From Fermentimonas sp. (lineage in GTDB: Bacteria; Bacteroidota; Bacteroidia; Bacteroidales; Dysgonomonadaceae), in contig JADMKP010000008.1 of the NCBI GenBank assembly GCA_015478775.1, positions 184,076 to 248,075 on the forward strand: DNA of 64,000 nt, given 5' to 3'. The notes under the pieces are model-generated. The model was not told where the DNA came from. It saw nothing but the letters and a program-made list of their open reading frames with translations, and made no database searches. Shown here in pieces: positions 29,728 to 39,390 of this stretch. The translations under genes were made by a program, and so were the position numbers. Every line of letters begins with the position of its first letter. Positions within the stretch are counted from its first letter, which is position 1.

Positions 29728-31866
29728 TTAATTATTATTATCCTGTCTTTCTGGACGTGGTAGTAAAGCCTTTCGCGAAAGTTTAAACTTACCACTACGA
29801 GGATCAACATCAATAAGTTTAACCTGTATCTTATCACCCTCTTTAATACCCGAATCTTCAACTCTCTCGAGTCTCTGCCAGTCTATTTCTGAAATATGAA
29901 GTAAACCATCCTTACCAGGCAAGAACTCACAGAACATTCCGTAAGGCATTACCGAGCGAACAGTAGCTTCATACACTTCACCAACCTCAGGCACTGAAAC
30001 AATACCCTTAATCTTATTAAGAGCAGCATCAATAGCAGCTTTATTAGTAGCTGAAATTTCAACGTGCCCCATGTTGTTAATCTCTTCAATAGTAATTGTA
30101 GCACCAGTTTCTTCCTGAATGCCCTGAATGATCTTACCACCCGGTCCTATTACAGCACCAATAAAATCTTTAGGAATATCAAGTGAAACAATACGAGGAG
30201 CATGTGGCTTCATATCCTCTCTTGGCTCTGTCATTGTTTCCAATATCTTACCCAAGATATGCTCACGTCCCGATTTAGCCTGAGCCAAAGCTTCTTCAAG
30301 AATCTGATAAGATAAGCCATCCACCTTAATATCCATCTGAGCAGCAGTTATACCATCTTTAGTACCACACACCTTAAAGTCCATGTCGCCCAAATGATCC
30401 TCGTCGCCAAGGATATCCGAAAGAATAGCATAATTTAGTCCTTTATTCTCAGATATCAATCCCATTGCTATACCGCTAACAGGTTTCTTTATCTGTACAC
30501 CCGCATCCATAAGAGCAAGAGTGCCAGCACAAACAGTTGCCATAGAAGACGAACCGTTTGACTCTAAGATATCAGAAACTATACGAATTACATATGGATA
30601 GTTAGCAGGAATCATTTTCTTAAGAGCACGGTTAGCGAGGTTGCCATGACCAATTTCACGACGACCAGTTCCACGCTGCGGACGAGCTTCCCCAGTAGAG
30701 AATGGAGGAAAATTATAATGTAATAAGAATCTGTCGTGACTTTTTAATAAAGCATCATCAACCAATTTCTCATCAAGTTTTGTGCCTAACGTAACAGTAG
30801 TAAGCGACTGTGTTTCACCCCTAGTAAATAAAGCAGAACCATGAGGACCCGGAATAAAATCAACCTCACTCCAAATAGGTCTTATCTCAGTAGTCTTTCT
30901 TCCATCCAGACGTTTTCCCTCATCAAGAATACTTCTGCGCATAGCCTCCTTCTCTAAGTCGTGATAATAACGCTTAATTAATGGAGCTTTTGCAGACAGT
31001 TCCTCTTCAGGAATAGTCTCAAGAAATTTAGCAAGAACGTTTTCAAATGCAGCCAAACGTTCGTGCTTGTTAGGGTTTTGAGAAGAAGCAGCCTCATAAG
31101 CAGGCTTATAGCATTTATCCCAAACCAATTTTTTCAGCTCTTCATCATTATCCTCATGGTTGTATTCACGTTTAACGGTCTTACCCACCATTTCGGTTAG
31201 TTCAATCTGAGCCTGGCACTGTTTTTTAATCTCCTCGTGAGCAAATTTGATGGCCTCAAGCATATCAGCTTCAGAAACCTCATTCATCTCACCCTCCACC
31301 ATCATAATGTTGTCTATGGTAGCGCCAACCATAAGGTCAAGATCAGCTTTTTTAAGTTCACTGAAAGTTGGATTAATTACAAGTTTGCCATTAATACGAG
31401 CAACGCGAACCTCAGATATAGGTCCGTTAAAAGGTATATCAGATACAGCCAGAGCAGCAGAAGCAGCAAGTGCAGCCAGTGCGTCGGGCATCTCTTCACC
31501 ATCAGAAGAGAAAAGTATCACATTAACAAAAACATCAGCATGATAATCACCTGGAAACAATGGACGAAGAACACGATCAATCAGTCGGCTCGTCAATATC
31601 TCTGAGTCTGACGCTCTACCTTCACGTTTCAAAAATCCACCCGGAAAGCGTCCGGCTGAAGCATATTTTTCTTTGTACTCCACTTGAAGTGGCATAAAGT
31701 CTGTACCCGGGGTAGCATCTTTAGCAGCTGTTACAGTTGCCAGCAGAAAAGTGTCTCCCACACGTAATGTAACGGACCCATCAGCCTGTTTAGCCAACTT
31801 TCCCGTTTCCAGCGTAATCTCGCGTCCATCTGACAGTTCGATACGCTTAGTAATTGGATTCATCAT
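29728..31866 (-). CDS. pnp: Polyribonucleotide nucleotidyltransferase
   Basis: [45 protein letters not shown] and S1 domains. Confidence 0.98.
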   Translation of the reverse strand: MMNPITKRIELSDGREITLETGKLAKQADGSVTLRVGDTFLLATVTAAKDATPGTDFMPLQVEYKEKYASAGRFPGGFLKREGRASDSEILTSRLIDRVLRPLFPGDYHADVFVNVILFSSDGEEMPDALAALAASAALAVSDIPFNGPISEVRVARINGKLVINPTFSELKKADLDLMVGATIDNIMMVEGEMNEVSEADMLEAIKFAHEEIKKQCQAQIELTEMVGKTVKREYNHEDNDEELKKLVWDKCYKPAYEAASSQNPNKHERLAAFENVLAKFLETIPEEELSAKAPLIKRYYHDLEKEAMRRSILDEGKRLDGRKTTEIRPIWSEVDFIPGPHGSALFTRGETQSLTTVTLGTKLDEKLVDDALLKSHDRFLLHYNFPPFSTGEARPQRGTGRREIGHGNLANRALKKMIPANYPYVIRIVSDILESNGSSSMATVCAGTLALMDAGVQIKKPVSGIAMGLISENKGLNYAILSDILGDEDHLGDMDFKVCGTKDGITAAQMDIKVDGLSYQILEEALAQAKSGREHILGKILETMTEPREDMKPHAPRIVSLDIPKDFIGAVIGPGGKIIQGIQEETGATITIEEINNMGHVEISATNKAAIDAALNKIKGIVSVPEVGEVYEATVRSVMPYGMFCEFLPGKDGLLHISEIDWQRLERVEDSGIKEGDKIQVKLIDVDPRSGKFKLSRKALLPRPERQDNNN

Positions 31867-31946
31867 AAATAAAATCAGTTATTTCTTTTACGTAAAATTA
31901 TTACAAAGGTACACAAAGTTTTGGTTTATTGGGATATCCGTTATAT

Positions 31947-31980
31947 AAAAAAACAGGAATGTCATATTATAACATTCCTG
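31947..31980 (-). terminator. Terminator after the OmpA gene
   Basis: caggaatgt / acattcctg stem; T7 run on the minus strand. Confidence 0.85.
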
Positions 31981-32076
31981 CAAATTAGAGAAAGACTTTA
32001 AATTTATGATATAATCACATACATGACTAAAGTTGTTATTGTAATATATTTAATATCATTCTCAAATTTCAAATAA

Positions 32077-33183
32077 CTATTTAGATACCTCTACTCTACG
32101 AGCACTAATAGTAAGTGCTTCATCACCCGAAGTCTTTGAATCCTTACCTTCACCCGAAGTAGTCATTCTAGAAGCATTAATACCCTGTTCAACAAGATAC
32201 TTTTTAACAGCCTCAGCTCTGCGAAGAGAGAGTCCATCATTGTAACTATCAGAACCACGGTGATCGGTATAACCTGTTACCACTACATCATCACTAGCAA
32301 ACTCTTTTAATATGCTAACGATAGTGCTAAGCTCTTCAGAATATTTCTGAGTATCCACAACATCGCTATCAAAATTAAAGTGAATAGCAGGCATAGCAGG
32401 CAATTCCTTCGCTATAGGAGCAGGTGCTGGTGCAGGCGCAGGCTTTGGAGCAGGCGCAGGCGCTGGTTCGGGAGCAGGTGCTGGAGCTGGAGTATCATAA
32501 TAAACAGGTGCAGTGCGAGTAACTGATTTACCCAAGTTAAATTTAAAACCTGCAAGAGCATTAAAATTCCAATCAGGATTATCAGCTCTCTTAGAGTTGA
32601 AATGATCAGAAAGAATGCTAGCGTTACCCTCAATCATAAAAGAAACAGCATTACTCAATTTAAAATCCAGTCCAAGACCCACTCTTCCACCAGGGAAGCC
32701 TTTGTTGTCTTGCCATAGATATTCAAGATCATAAGTACCAGTATTAAGAGCATTAGTCTCATCATTTTCAAAACCGTAAGCATAAGCACCACCGGCAAAC
32801 AGATAAGGATTAAATACCCTATCAGGATTAAACCCGTTAAACATCGATCTTAAGTCGAGCATAAAATCAAGATTAGCCTGAATAAACTTAAATGAGTACA
32901 ACTGAGCAGGAGCCACCCAGCCCCCTTTACCCTCCCAACCAGAAGCACCAAGGCGCATTCCGAACACAGGAGTAAATTTATATCCTAAGTTAAGTGCCGC
33001 AGCTGGTGAAATCAGGTCAGCAAACTTAGCCTCACCCAATGTGTGCGCAACACCACCTTGTAATTGTATAAAAGCGTGTGGTTTAAACTCAACTTTTCCT
33101 TCCTCCATAATTTGTCTCTCTTGAGAGAAAGCTGCCAGCGAAATCGCCAGGAAGGTAGCAGCCAATAATATAATTCTTTTCAT
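32077..33183 (-). CDS. OmpA-family outer membrane protein
   Basis: Signal peptide ending AFS-Q, beta-barrel, Pro/Ala linker (PAPAPAPEPAPAPAPKPAP), peptidoglycan-binding domain GYTDHRG...LSLRRAEAV. Confidence 0.93.
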   Translation of the reverse strand: MKRIILLAATFLAISLAAFSQERQIMEEGKVEFKPHAFIQLQGGVAHTLGEAKFADLISPAAALNLGYKFTPVFGMRLGASGWEGKGGWVAPAQLYSFKFIQANLDFMLDLRSMFNGFNPDRVFNPYLFAGGAYAYGFENDETNALNTGTYDLEYLWQDNKGFPGGRVGLGLDFKLSNAVSFMIEGNASILSDHFNSKRADNPDWNFNALAGFKFNLGKSVTRTAPVYYDTPAPAPAPEPAPAPAPKPAPAPAPAPIAKELPAMPAIHFNFDSDVVDTQKYSEELSTIVSILKEFASDDVVVTGYTDHRGSDSYNDGLSLRRAEAVKKYLVEQGINASRMTTSGEGKDSKTSGDEALTISARRVEVSK

Positions 33184-33261
33184 ACCTCTATTTATTTAAA
33201 ATGTTAGTGTTTATTATGGTTGATTTAATTATAATAATAAGACACGACTCATAATTAAACA

Positions 33262-33294
33262 AAGTAGGAGGAACCTACTTGGTTTCCTCCTACT
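33262..33294 (-). repeat. Palindromic hairpin between the lipoprotein and OmpA genes; copy 2 of the element at 1045-1080
   Basis: Minus strand AGTAGGAGGAAAC-CAAGTA-GGTTCCTCCTACT. Confidence 0.8.
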
Positions 33295-33317
33295 AAGAAA
33301 TTATTATTTAAAAAAGA

Positions 33318-35984
33318 TTATCGTTTTAGAACTGTAATTGGAAGTTCGATTTCAACTTCATGTCCGTACATATCAAATACAGTAATTACAAGTGTTGAAG
33401 CAACATTGGCCGTTGGATTAGAAGATCCTGAAGCTTCAGTAAGAACAACGCCAGCAGCTGTAACGCTTGCTGTGAAGTATTCTTCAAGTTCAGTACCATT
33501 ACTGTACAATTTAGCACCGCCTACAGCACCGTTTAAACCTGTTAATGACAAGCTACCTAAATATGGAGCACTTAATGGAGCATCATAATTACTATCTCTT
33601 TCGCTTGTTCCTAAGATTTCTGCTAATGATATAGTTGCATCTGAACCATATACGATTTCTGTTTCAAAATCTTCATCCCATTCCCATGAATATGTATCGT
33701 TGTAAATATTGTTAAATACAGTTGGGAAGTTTTCAACTTCTATCACATAATCAACACCATCTTGAGCAGTAGAGATATCACCATAATTGTAAACAACAGA
33801 TGTCTCATGTTGAGTTGTATTATTGATAAATTCTTTAGCAACATTTAAAGTAGAGTTACCTGGATTAACAGTTAGGTCTACAATATCATCACCACTTCTA
33901 GCAGCGTCAGCAAAGATAACATCAAAGTTAGCTACAGATGCTAAAGCATCTCCTGTAAAGGTAAACACATCTCCTAGAGGCATAGTACCTTGAGTAGCAT
34001 TTGGTGCTGTCCATGTGTTAGGAACTAAGTATGCATTATATACACCATTAGCACTTAATTGGCTAGTCTTAATAGAGAATCCTGAAGGAGCACCAGTTGG
34101 AAGTACTTTCTTCATTGATACTTTTAATGTTGCAATTACGTGACCAGTTGCATTTTTAACAATAAGTGTACCATTGTATACTTTATTATCTTCGTATGCT
34201 AACCAGCTAGAAGCTGTTGGAACTGTATGAAGTTTAGTTACCTCTGTGAAATCCACACTACTTACAACTCCCCCATCAGTTGTGAATAATTCACCATCAG
34301 CATCTTCTAATACTACATGGAATGCAGGAGTATTTTCATCTGCATCTTCGTCTGTTGTCCATTCGAATGTAGTTGCGCCTGTTATAGCAGTAAGTGTTTT
34401 ATTAACATCTTCTGATATAACTCCAGGAACTGTTTCACTTTCAGGAGTGATAACTGTATTAACAGTGCCCCAATCAGCACCTTCTGCACCAAGACTTACA
34501 TAGAATGCTTTTCCGTCAGGATCAACTAATGTACCGTCGAAGTTAACTGCATATACTCGGAAACCAATCATATCATTAATAGCACTATTGTTATTAATAA
34601 CAATTTCAGTTTCAGTTCCTTCTACTACAGAATTTAAGCCTGTGTAGCTATAGCCTTGCCAAGCATTCCATTCTGATGGTGCTGATTCAACAGCATTTGC
34701 TTGTTTGTCTAATGTAACATAAATAGCTCTAATTGTTTTAACAGCACCTTCAACAATAGAAATTTTCATTGGTCTGCCTTGTACTGCAGGGTAAACAGAT
34801 TGAGTTGTACGGTCGTCACCTGAAGTAACATTTTGGTTCGCACCAGAAGTAATTGCATCTGTTGCAGCAACATCACTCCAAACTAACTCTGCATATGGAG
34901 TTGCAGTTCCGTTATAGTTTAGAAGACTTTGTGAAGTAAAGTCAAAACGGTTATTGATATTGTCAATTGAAGTTTCATCAACCAAGAAATCTAATTCGTT
35001 TGCACCATCAAAATCATCACTCCAATCAAGTGTAATGTCATATGAAGAAACTACTTTGCGTATCAAAGGATTTTCCTCAGTTTGAGAATTGTCAACTGCA
35101 ACTGCAAATAGAATTTTACCTTGATTGCTTCCAGATATAGCATCTTCATTTACGGTAGCTGCTAAGAAGTCATCTTCGTTATACTCGCTAAGTTGAACAG
35201 TAACTTCCCAAAGACCTGCACCATTAGTAGCACGAGTAAGAAGTTGTTCGTAAGGTTTAACGCTTAATATTTCAAGATTTTCATAAGCTATACCTAAACT
35301 GTTTTGTAATGTTACCATTTCTGGAGTAATCACTGCATTAGTTGGAGATACACGAATTACAAAAGATGTAGGAGATTGAATCTGATTACCTTCTTTAAAA
35401 GTAATTGCATTTGCAATACCTGTTTCAAAAACATTATCTTGTTCAAGAACAGCAGCAAATGTAAGATCAATAGCTACATCATTGTTAGATGTAATTATTA
35501 ACTCTACATCTGTTACGATATTTCCAATCATGCTATCCACCTGAGCAGTCATTGCTGCAACATCCGCAATAATTGCTTCAAGTTGAGCTTCATTAGCTAA
35601 TTTAAGCTCTTCCATTAAAGCATCAATTCTAGCTTCTAGGCCGGAAAGAGCTTCTAGTTGATCATTAATAGCATCAAGTTCTACTTGGAAATCAGCTATT
35701 TGTCCTTCAAGTGCAGAAATAGCTTCTGCATCACCAGCAGCTTGAGCAGCAGCTAAAGCTTCGTTAGCTTTTGCTAATGCATCTGTAGCAGTAGACTGAG
35801 CAGCTGTTGCAGCGCTTTGAGCTGAAGAAACAGTTGTCTGTAATGCTGTAAGATCACTTTTTACAGTAGATACAGACGTTTCCAGACCACTGATGTCATC
35901 ATCATAATCCTTACAAGAGGGCAATATCGCTAATGCGCCTACAAGTGCAAAGACAAAAAATTTAAAAAAATAACTCTTTTTCAT
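33318..35984 (-). CDS. Large acidic surface lipoprotein with an N-terminal coiled coil (S-layer/pilin-like; resembles DUF4988/PL29-N type starts)
   Basis: Lipobox LPSC followed by KDYDDD; Ala-rich heptad region of about 120 aa; beta-rich acidic remainder. Confidence 0.75.
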   Translation of the reverse strand: MKKSYFFKFFVFALVGALAILPSCKDYDDDISGLETSVSTVKSDLTALQTTVSSAQSAATAAQSTATDALAKANEALAAAQAAGDAEAISALEGQIADFQVELDAINDQLEALSGLEARIDALMEELKLANEAQLEAIIADVAAMTAQVDSMIGNIVTDVELIITSNNDVAIDLTFAAVLEQDNVFETGIANAITFKEGNQIQSPTSFVIRVSPTNAVITPEMVTLQNSLGIAYENLEILSVKPYEQLLTRATNGAGLWEVTVQLSEYNEDDFLAATVNEDAISGSNQGKILFAVAVDNSQTEENPLIRKVVSSYDITLDWSDDFDGANELDFLVDETSIDNINNRFDFTSQSLLNYNGTATPYAELVWSDVAATDAITSGANQNVTSGDDRTTQSVYPAVQGRPMKISIVEGAVKTIRAIYVTLDKQANAVESAPSEWNAWQGYSYTGLNSVVEGTETEIVINNNSAINDMIGFRVYAVNFDGTLVDPDGKAFYVSLGAEGADWGTVNTVITPESETVPGVISEDVNKTLTAITGATTFEWTTDEDADENTPAFHVVLEDADGELFTTDGGVVSSVDFTEVTKLHTVPTASSWLAYEDNKVYNGTLIVKNATGHVIATLKVSMKKVLPTGAPSGFSIKTSQLSANGVYNAYLVPNTWTAPNATQGTMPLGDVFTFTGDALASVANFDVIFADAARSGDDIVDLTVNPGNSTLNVAKEFINNTTQHETSVVYNYGDISTAQDGVDYVIEVENFPTVFNNIYNDTYSWEWDEDFETEIVYGSDATISLAEILGTSERDSNYDAPLSAPYLGSLSLTGLNGAVGGAKLYSNGTELEEYFTASVTAAGVVLTEASGSSNPTANVASTLVITVFDMYGHEVEIELPITVLKR

Positions 35985-36042
35985 ACATTAAAAAATTTAA
36001 AAAATAATAATTAAAGATATATCACTAAGTTGTTTCTATTTT

Positions 36043-36657
36043 CTAGAAATTTTTCTTATTTAGTTTTGTTAATAATAATTCTGTCATGGTTGGGTTATAC
36101 TCTTTTTCGGAGTTATTGCCATTTTCAGTTCCTGATGAATCTCTGTCTCTCAAAAAGCGACGTCTCATCCCGGTAATCTCCTCGAAATTTGGTATATATT
36201 TTATTTCAACCTGACCAAATTCTATCATATCGTCTGTATTCTGAAAATCTATACAAACTTTAAGTAGTACGCTCTTTTTTACCAATACTCTGCATGATGT
36301 TTGAATTATTCCTGAAGAAAATAAATCTGTTTGTAATTTATCATCATGTACAATAGTTGCTGAGATTGGCTCTCCCTGCTCTACAAGCCTCACAAATAAA
36401 ATTCGGTTGTCAATTCCTACCCTATGATATGAGATTTTAATATCTGTGATTAAGCTTCCACTAACAACCGGCAGCATCATGTATATCCATTTTGAGTCGC
36501 CTGGCTCAGTAACAGTTATTTGCATTCCTGGATGGGATATATAAGGGTAGCCAAGATTTATAGTAGGATCTCCGGTTACAAATCCAATTCCGTGAAGCAT
36601 TAAAGACTCTGTTTTAGAGAGGAGCTTCTTTGATATATTTATAGTTTGATGGGGCAT
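36043..36657 (-). CDS. Hypothetical 204-aa protein, no signal peptide
   Basis: Co-directional ORF filling the gap between the HU-like gene (13 nt away) and the lipoprotein (58 nt away); family not recognised. Confidence 0.7.
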   Translation of the reverse strand: MPHQTINISKKLLSKTESLMLHGIGFVTGDPTINLGYPYISHPGMQITVTEPGDSKWIYMMLPVVSGSLITDIKISYHRVGIDNRILFVRLVEQGEPISATIVHDDKLQTDLFSSGIIQTSCRVLVKKSVLLKVCIDFQNTDDMIEFGQVEIKYIPNFEEITGMRRRFLRDRDSSGTENGNNSEKEYNPTMTELLLTKLNKKNF

Positions 36658-36670
36658 GTGTAATAGATAG

Positions 36671-37054
36671 TTACTCTTCTGTAGATATTTCCAATTTCAT
36701 GTCTTGTAAGGTCTTCTTAAACTCAGGTGCTGGAGTGAAGATCACTTTGGTGTTTTTAATATTATCGCCAGAGAAGTTTGTGGGATCATCAACTCCATTA
36801 CTGGATAATGATAATCTAAGAGTTCCCAGATTATTGAGATTAACACTATATCCTTCAATTAAGTAGGCAGGTATCTCATCAACCATGTTCTCAATCACAT
36901 TAAGAACCGCACCTCGTGTCATAGACGATTTAGCAGAAATGCCTTTGCTCAACTGGTAATTGTTTATGGTGCCCTTTTTCACTGGGCTGGCATACCACTT
37001 TCGTTTACTATCCGGTTCTAATGGATTAGCTTTCTGGATAAGTTTAAACTTCAT
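36671..37054 (-). CDS. Bacteroidales HU-related DNA-binding protein
   Basis: NPLEP..KWYA, helix pair, GYSVNLNNLGTLRLSLSS and VIFTPAPE pattern of the extended HU/IHF-like family. Confidence 0.85.
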   Translation of the reverse strand: MKFKLIQKANPLEPDSKRKWYASPVKKGTINNYQLSKGISAKSSMTRGAVLNVIENMVDEIPAYLIEGYSVNLNNLGTLRLSLSSNGVDDPTNFSGDNIKNTKVIFTPAPEFKKTLQDMKLEISTEE

Positions 37055-37451
37055 ATTTTATATTTAATTTGTGTTTATTACGCTAAAAGATTGAATACTA
37101 CCTCTGTTTACAAGTGTGTTTCAATATTTGTTACGTTTCAAGCAATGTCTATAACCGCTTATAGTTAACACGCTGACCGCTTGTCGTTTTTGTCTACTTA
37201 TAAATTATTTATCCTCTCTGAACGCTTAGAAAACATTATGGGACTTTTCACCGCCCCTTTTTTTTCTACGACAAACTTACACTATTCTATAAAATGAGGT
37301 TAGGACTTATTCTGTTATTTATAGCACAAAACCCGCTTTAACATTCATTTAATATAGCACTATTTGCTCATTTTAAAAGTTAAGTAGCAGTATTACTGTT
37401 TAATACGTGTGCTATTTGTCCTAAATATACAGGTTAAAGTTTTTTATACAA

Positions 37452-37459
37452 CAAAGATA
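37452..37459 (-). promoter_or_regulatory. Candidate -7 promoter element for the HU/lipoprotein/OmpA locus
   Basis: TATCTTTG on the minus strand; no clear -33 TTTG. Confidence 0.45.
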
Positions 37460-37490
37460 AAAACAGTTGTTAAGCTATAATATATTTAAT

Positions 37491-39209
37491 TTAACTAAGT
37501 TGCTTTTTTCTATTAGCTGCAGGTAATCTCTTGTATTGAGTAGGCGTGAAACCGATATGTTTTTTAAATACCCTCGAAAAATAGTTAACATCATATATAC
37601 CACACTCGGCTGCTACTTCACCTATAGTTTTGTTCTCGTTGGAGAGTATCTTTTTTGCATATGACAGTTTTACATGAAGTATGTATGTTGAGGAAGGGTA
37701 ACCGGTAATTGCATTTAGTTTTTTGTTTAGCTGCGATACGCTTATTGCAAGTTCTTCAGAAAGCATTGTAGGTGTAAAATCGGGGTTTTTCATCTCCCTA
37801 TAGATAAGATCAGTTGCTAGTCTCAAAAACTCTGTATTAGCATTATTTTCATCTATTATTTCGGTATTATTGTCTTCTTTTAATATCGTACGTTTATATT
37901 TTTCGATTAACAGATCGCGTGATGCTAAAAGATTCCTTACTCGTATTTGTAGTTCTTCTGGTTGAAATGGTTTTGATAAATAAGTATCTGCTCCTATATT
38001 TAAGCCCTCAAGTATATCCTCATTACGGTTCTTTGCAGATATTATTATAACTGGTATATGGTTTAGTAAAGTTGAAGCTTTTATTTTTTTTATCAATTCA
38101 ATTCCGTCTTTTTTGGGCATTATAATGTCTGTAATGATTATGTCGGGTATCAAAGATTCTGCAAGTTTATATGCTTCTTCGCCATTACTACAGTATATAA
38201 TATTGTATTTATTATTAGGAAATATTGAACGAATATATATTGCAATATCTTTATTGTCTTCTACAAGTAGAATTGTATAGCGTGAATCGTCATCAGCCCT
38301 TTTTTCTATGAAGAATCCAATCTTCGAATCAGTTGTTTCTGAAGGAGGATATATAATTTTAGCTGATGCGTCTTGTTTCCAGTGTGAATATAATATTTTC
38401 TCACTTATCTGAATAGGTAATGTAATTGTAAATGTTGTGCCTTTGCCGGGTTCGCTTATTACATCAATTTTTCCACCGGATACTTCTACTAGCTGTTTGG
38501 TGATAGTTAATCCAATACCATTACCTTCTTTTACTTTATGCTTGTTGGTTTGATAAAACAGGTCGAATAAATGTGGTAAATCATCTTTATTTACACCGAT
38601 ACCGTTGTCAATTACTTTTATGATAAATTTTTTCTTGTCTTTTTCACTTATTTCTGTCATTACATATATATGTGTACCACCTTCACTATATTTAATGGCA
38701 TTCCCTATAAGGTTGTTGAGTATCTTGTTAAGATAATCGGGTACAAAATCTGTTTCTACTTCTTTTTCTTTACTAAAAAACTGTAAGTCAATATCTTTAC
38801 CACTTGCCAGTATGGTAAAGGACTCGGTAACCATATTTACAAAGTTTACTATATTGCCGGTTTTCCATTCTATAGTGTTAATTTCGGATTGCAAGTTGGT
38901 GATATCTAACAACTGATTAATCAGAAAAGAGAGATTTTTACTTTGTCGTTCTATTGCACTTAAGAATGCTCCTGCATTATTGGGGGAAATATCTTTCATG
39001 TCACGCATCTGACGGCTCAATCCTAATATAGTGGTTAAGGGAGTACGGAACTCATGTGTGATTTTAGCAAATATATCGCTTCTAATTTGTTCTAATTGTT
39101 TTAATGATTTAATTGTCTTTAATTTATCTATATATGCAATTATTAAAAAAGATACTATAATTGTCAATAAAACAATAAGTATAATAAATGTAGTATTCTC
39201 AATATTCAT
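37491..39209 (-). CDS. Hybrid histidine kinase / receiver / AraC regulator without a periplasmic sensor domain
   Basis: One N-terminal TM, H-box ITHEFRTPL, N-box NLIGNAIKYS, G1 DNGIG, G2 GNGIGL, receiver LLVED..TDIIMP, AraC HTH YFSRVFKK. Confidence 0.9.
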   Translation of the reverse strand: MNIENTTFIILIVLLTIIVSFLIIAYIDKLKTIKSLKQLEQIRSDIFAKITHEFRTPLTTILGLSRQMRDMKDISPNNAGAFLSAIERQSKNLSFLINQLLDITNLQSEINTIEWKTGNIVNFVNMVTESFTILASGKDIDLQFFSKEKEVETDFVPDYLNKILNNLIGNAIKYSEGGTHIYVMTEISEKDKKKFIIKVIDNGIGVNKDDLPHLFDLFYQTNKHKVKEGNGIGLTITKQLVEVSGGKIDVISEPGKGTTFTITLPIQISEKILYSHWKQDASAKIIYPPSETTDSKIGFFIEKRADDDSRYTILLVEDNKDIAIYIRSIFPNNKYNIIYCSNGEEAYKLAESLIPDIIITDIIMPKKDGIELIKKIKASTLLNHIPVIIISAKNRNEDILEGLNIGADTYLSKPFQPEELQIRVRNLLASRDLLIEKYKRTILKEDNNTEIIDENNANTEFLRLATDLIYREMKNPDFTPTMLSEELAISVSQLNKKLNAITGYPSSTYILHVKLSYAKKILSNENKTIGEVAAECGIYDVNYFSRVFKKHIGFTPTQYKRLPAANRKKQLS

Positions 39210-39390
39210 GTAGTATGGTAAATATAAGTACGGTTATATTCATTTTTAGAAATTACGCAAAAGCAAAAATAATAAAAATAATGTAAATAAGACAGTTTCT
39301 AAGCATATTTTCTCAACACTTCTTTGTAATAATTGTATGTGCCCAATGGTATATCCCATTAAATGTGTAAATTTGTAATTATTATTAACT

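Noticed and set aside
32396-32490. Pro/Ala repeats in OmpA
   Set aside because: Ordinary flexible linker between barrel and peptidoglycan-binding domain.
37130-37146. GTTAC-N7-GCAAT as an invertible-promoter recombination site
   Set aside because: Only a partial match to GTTAC-N7-GTAAC, no inverted partner found in the intergenic region, and no recombinase nearby.
37254-37272. CCCC-Tn-CTACGAC similar to 61315-61332
   Set aside because: Short, mostly homopolymer runs, and the flanking structure is not shared; probably chance.
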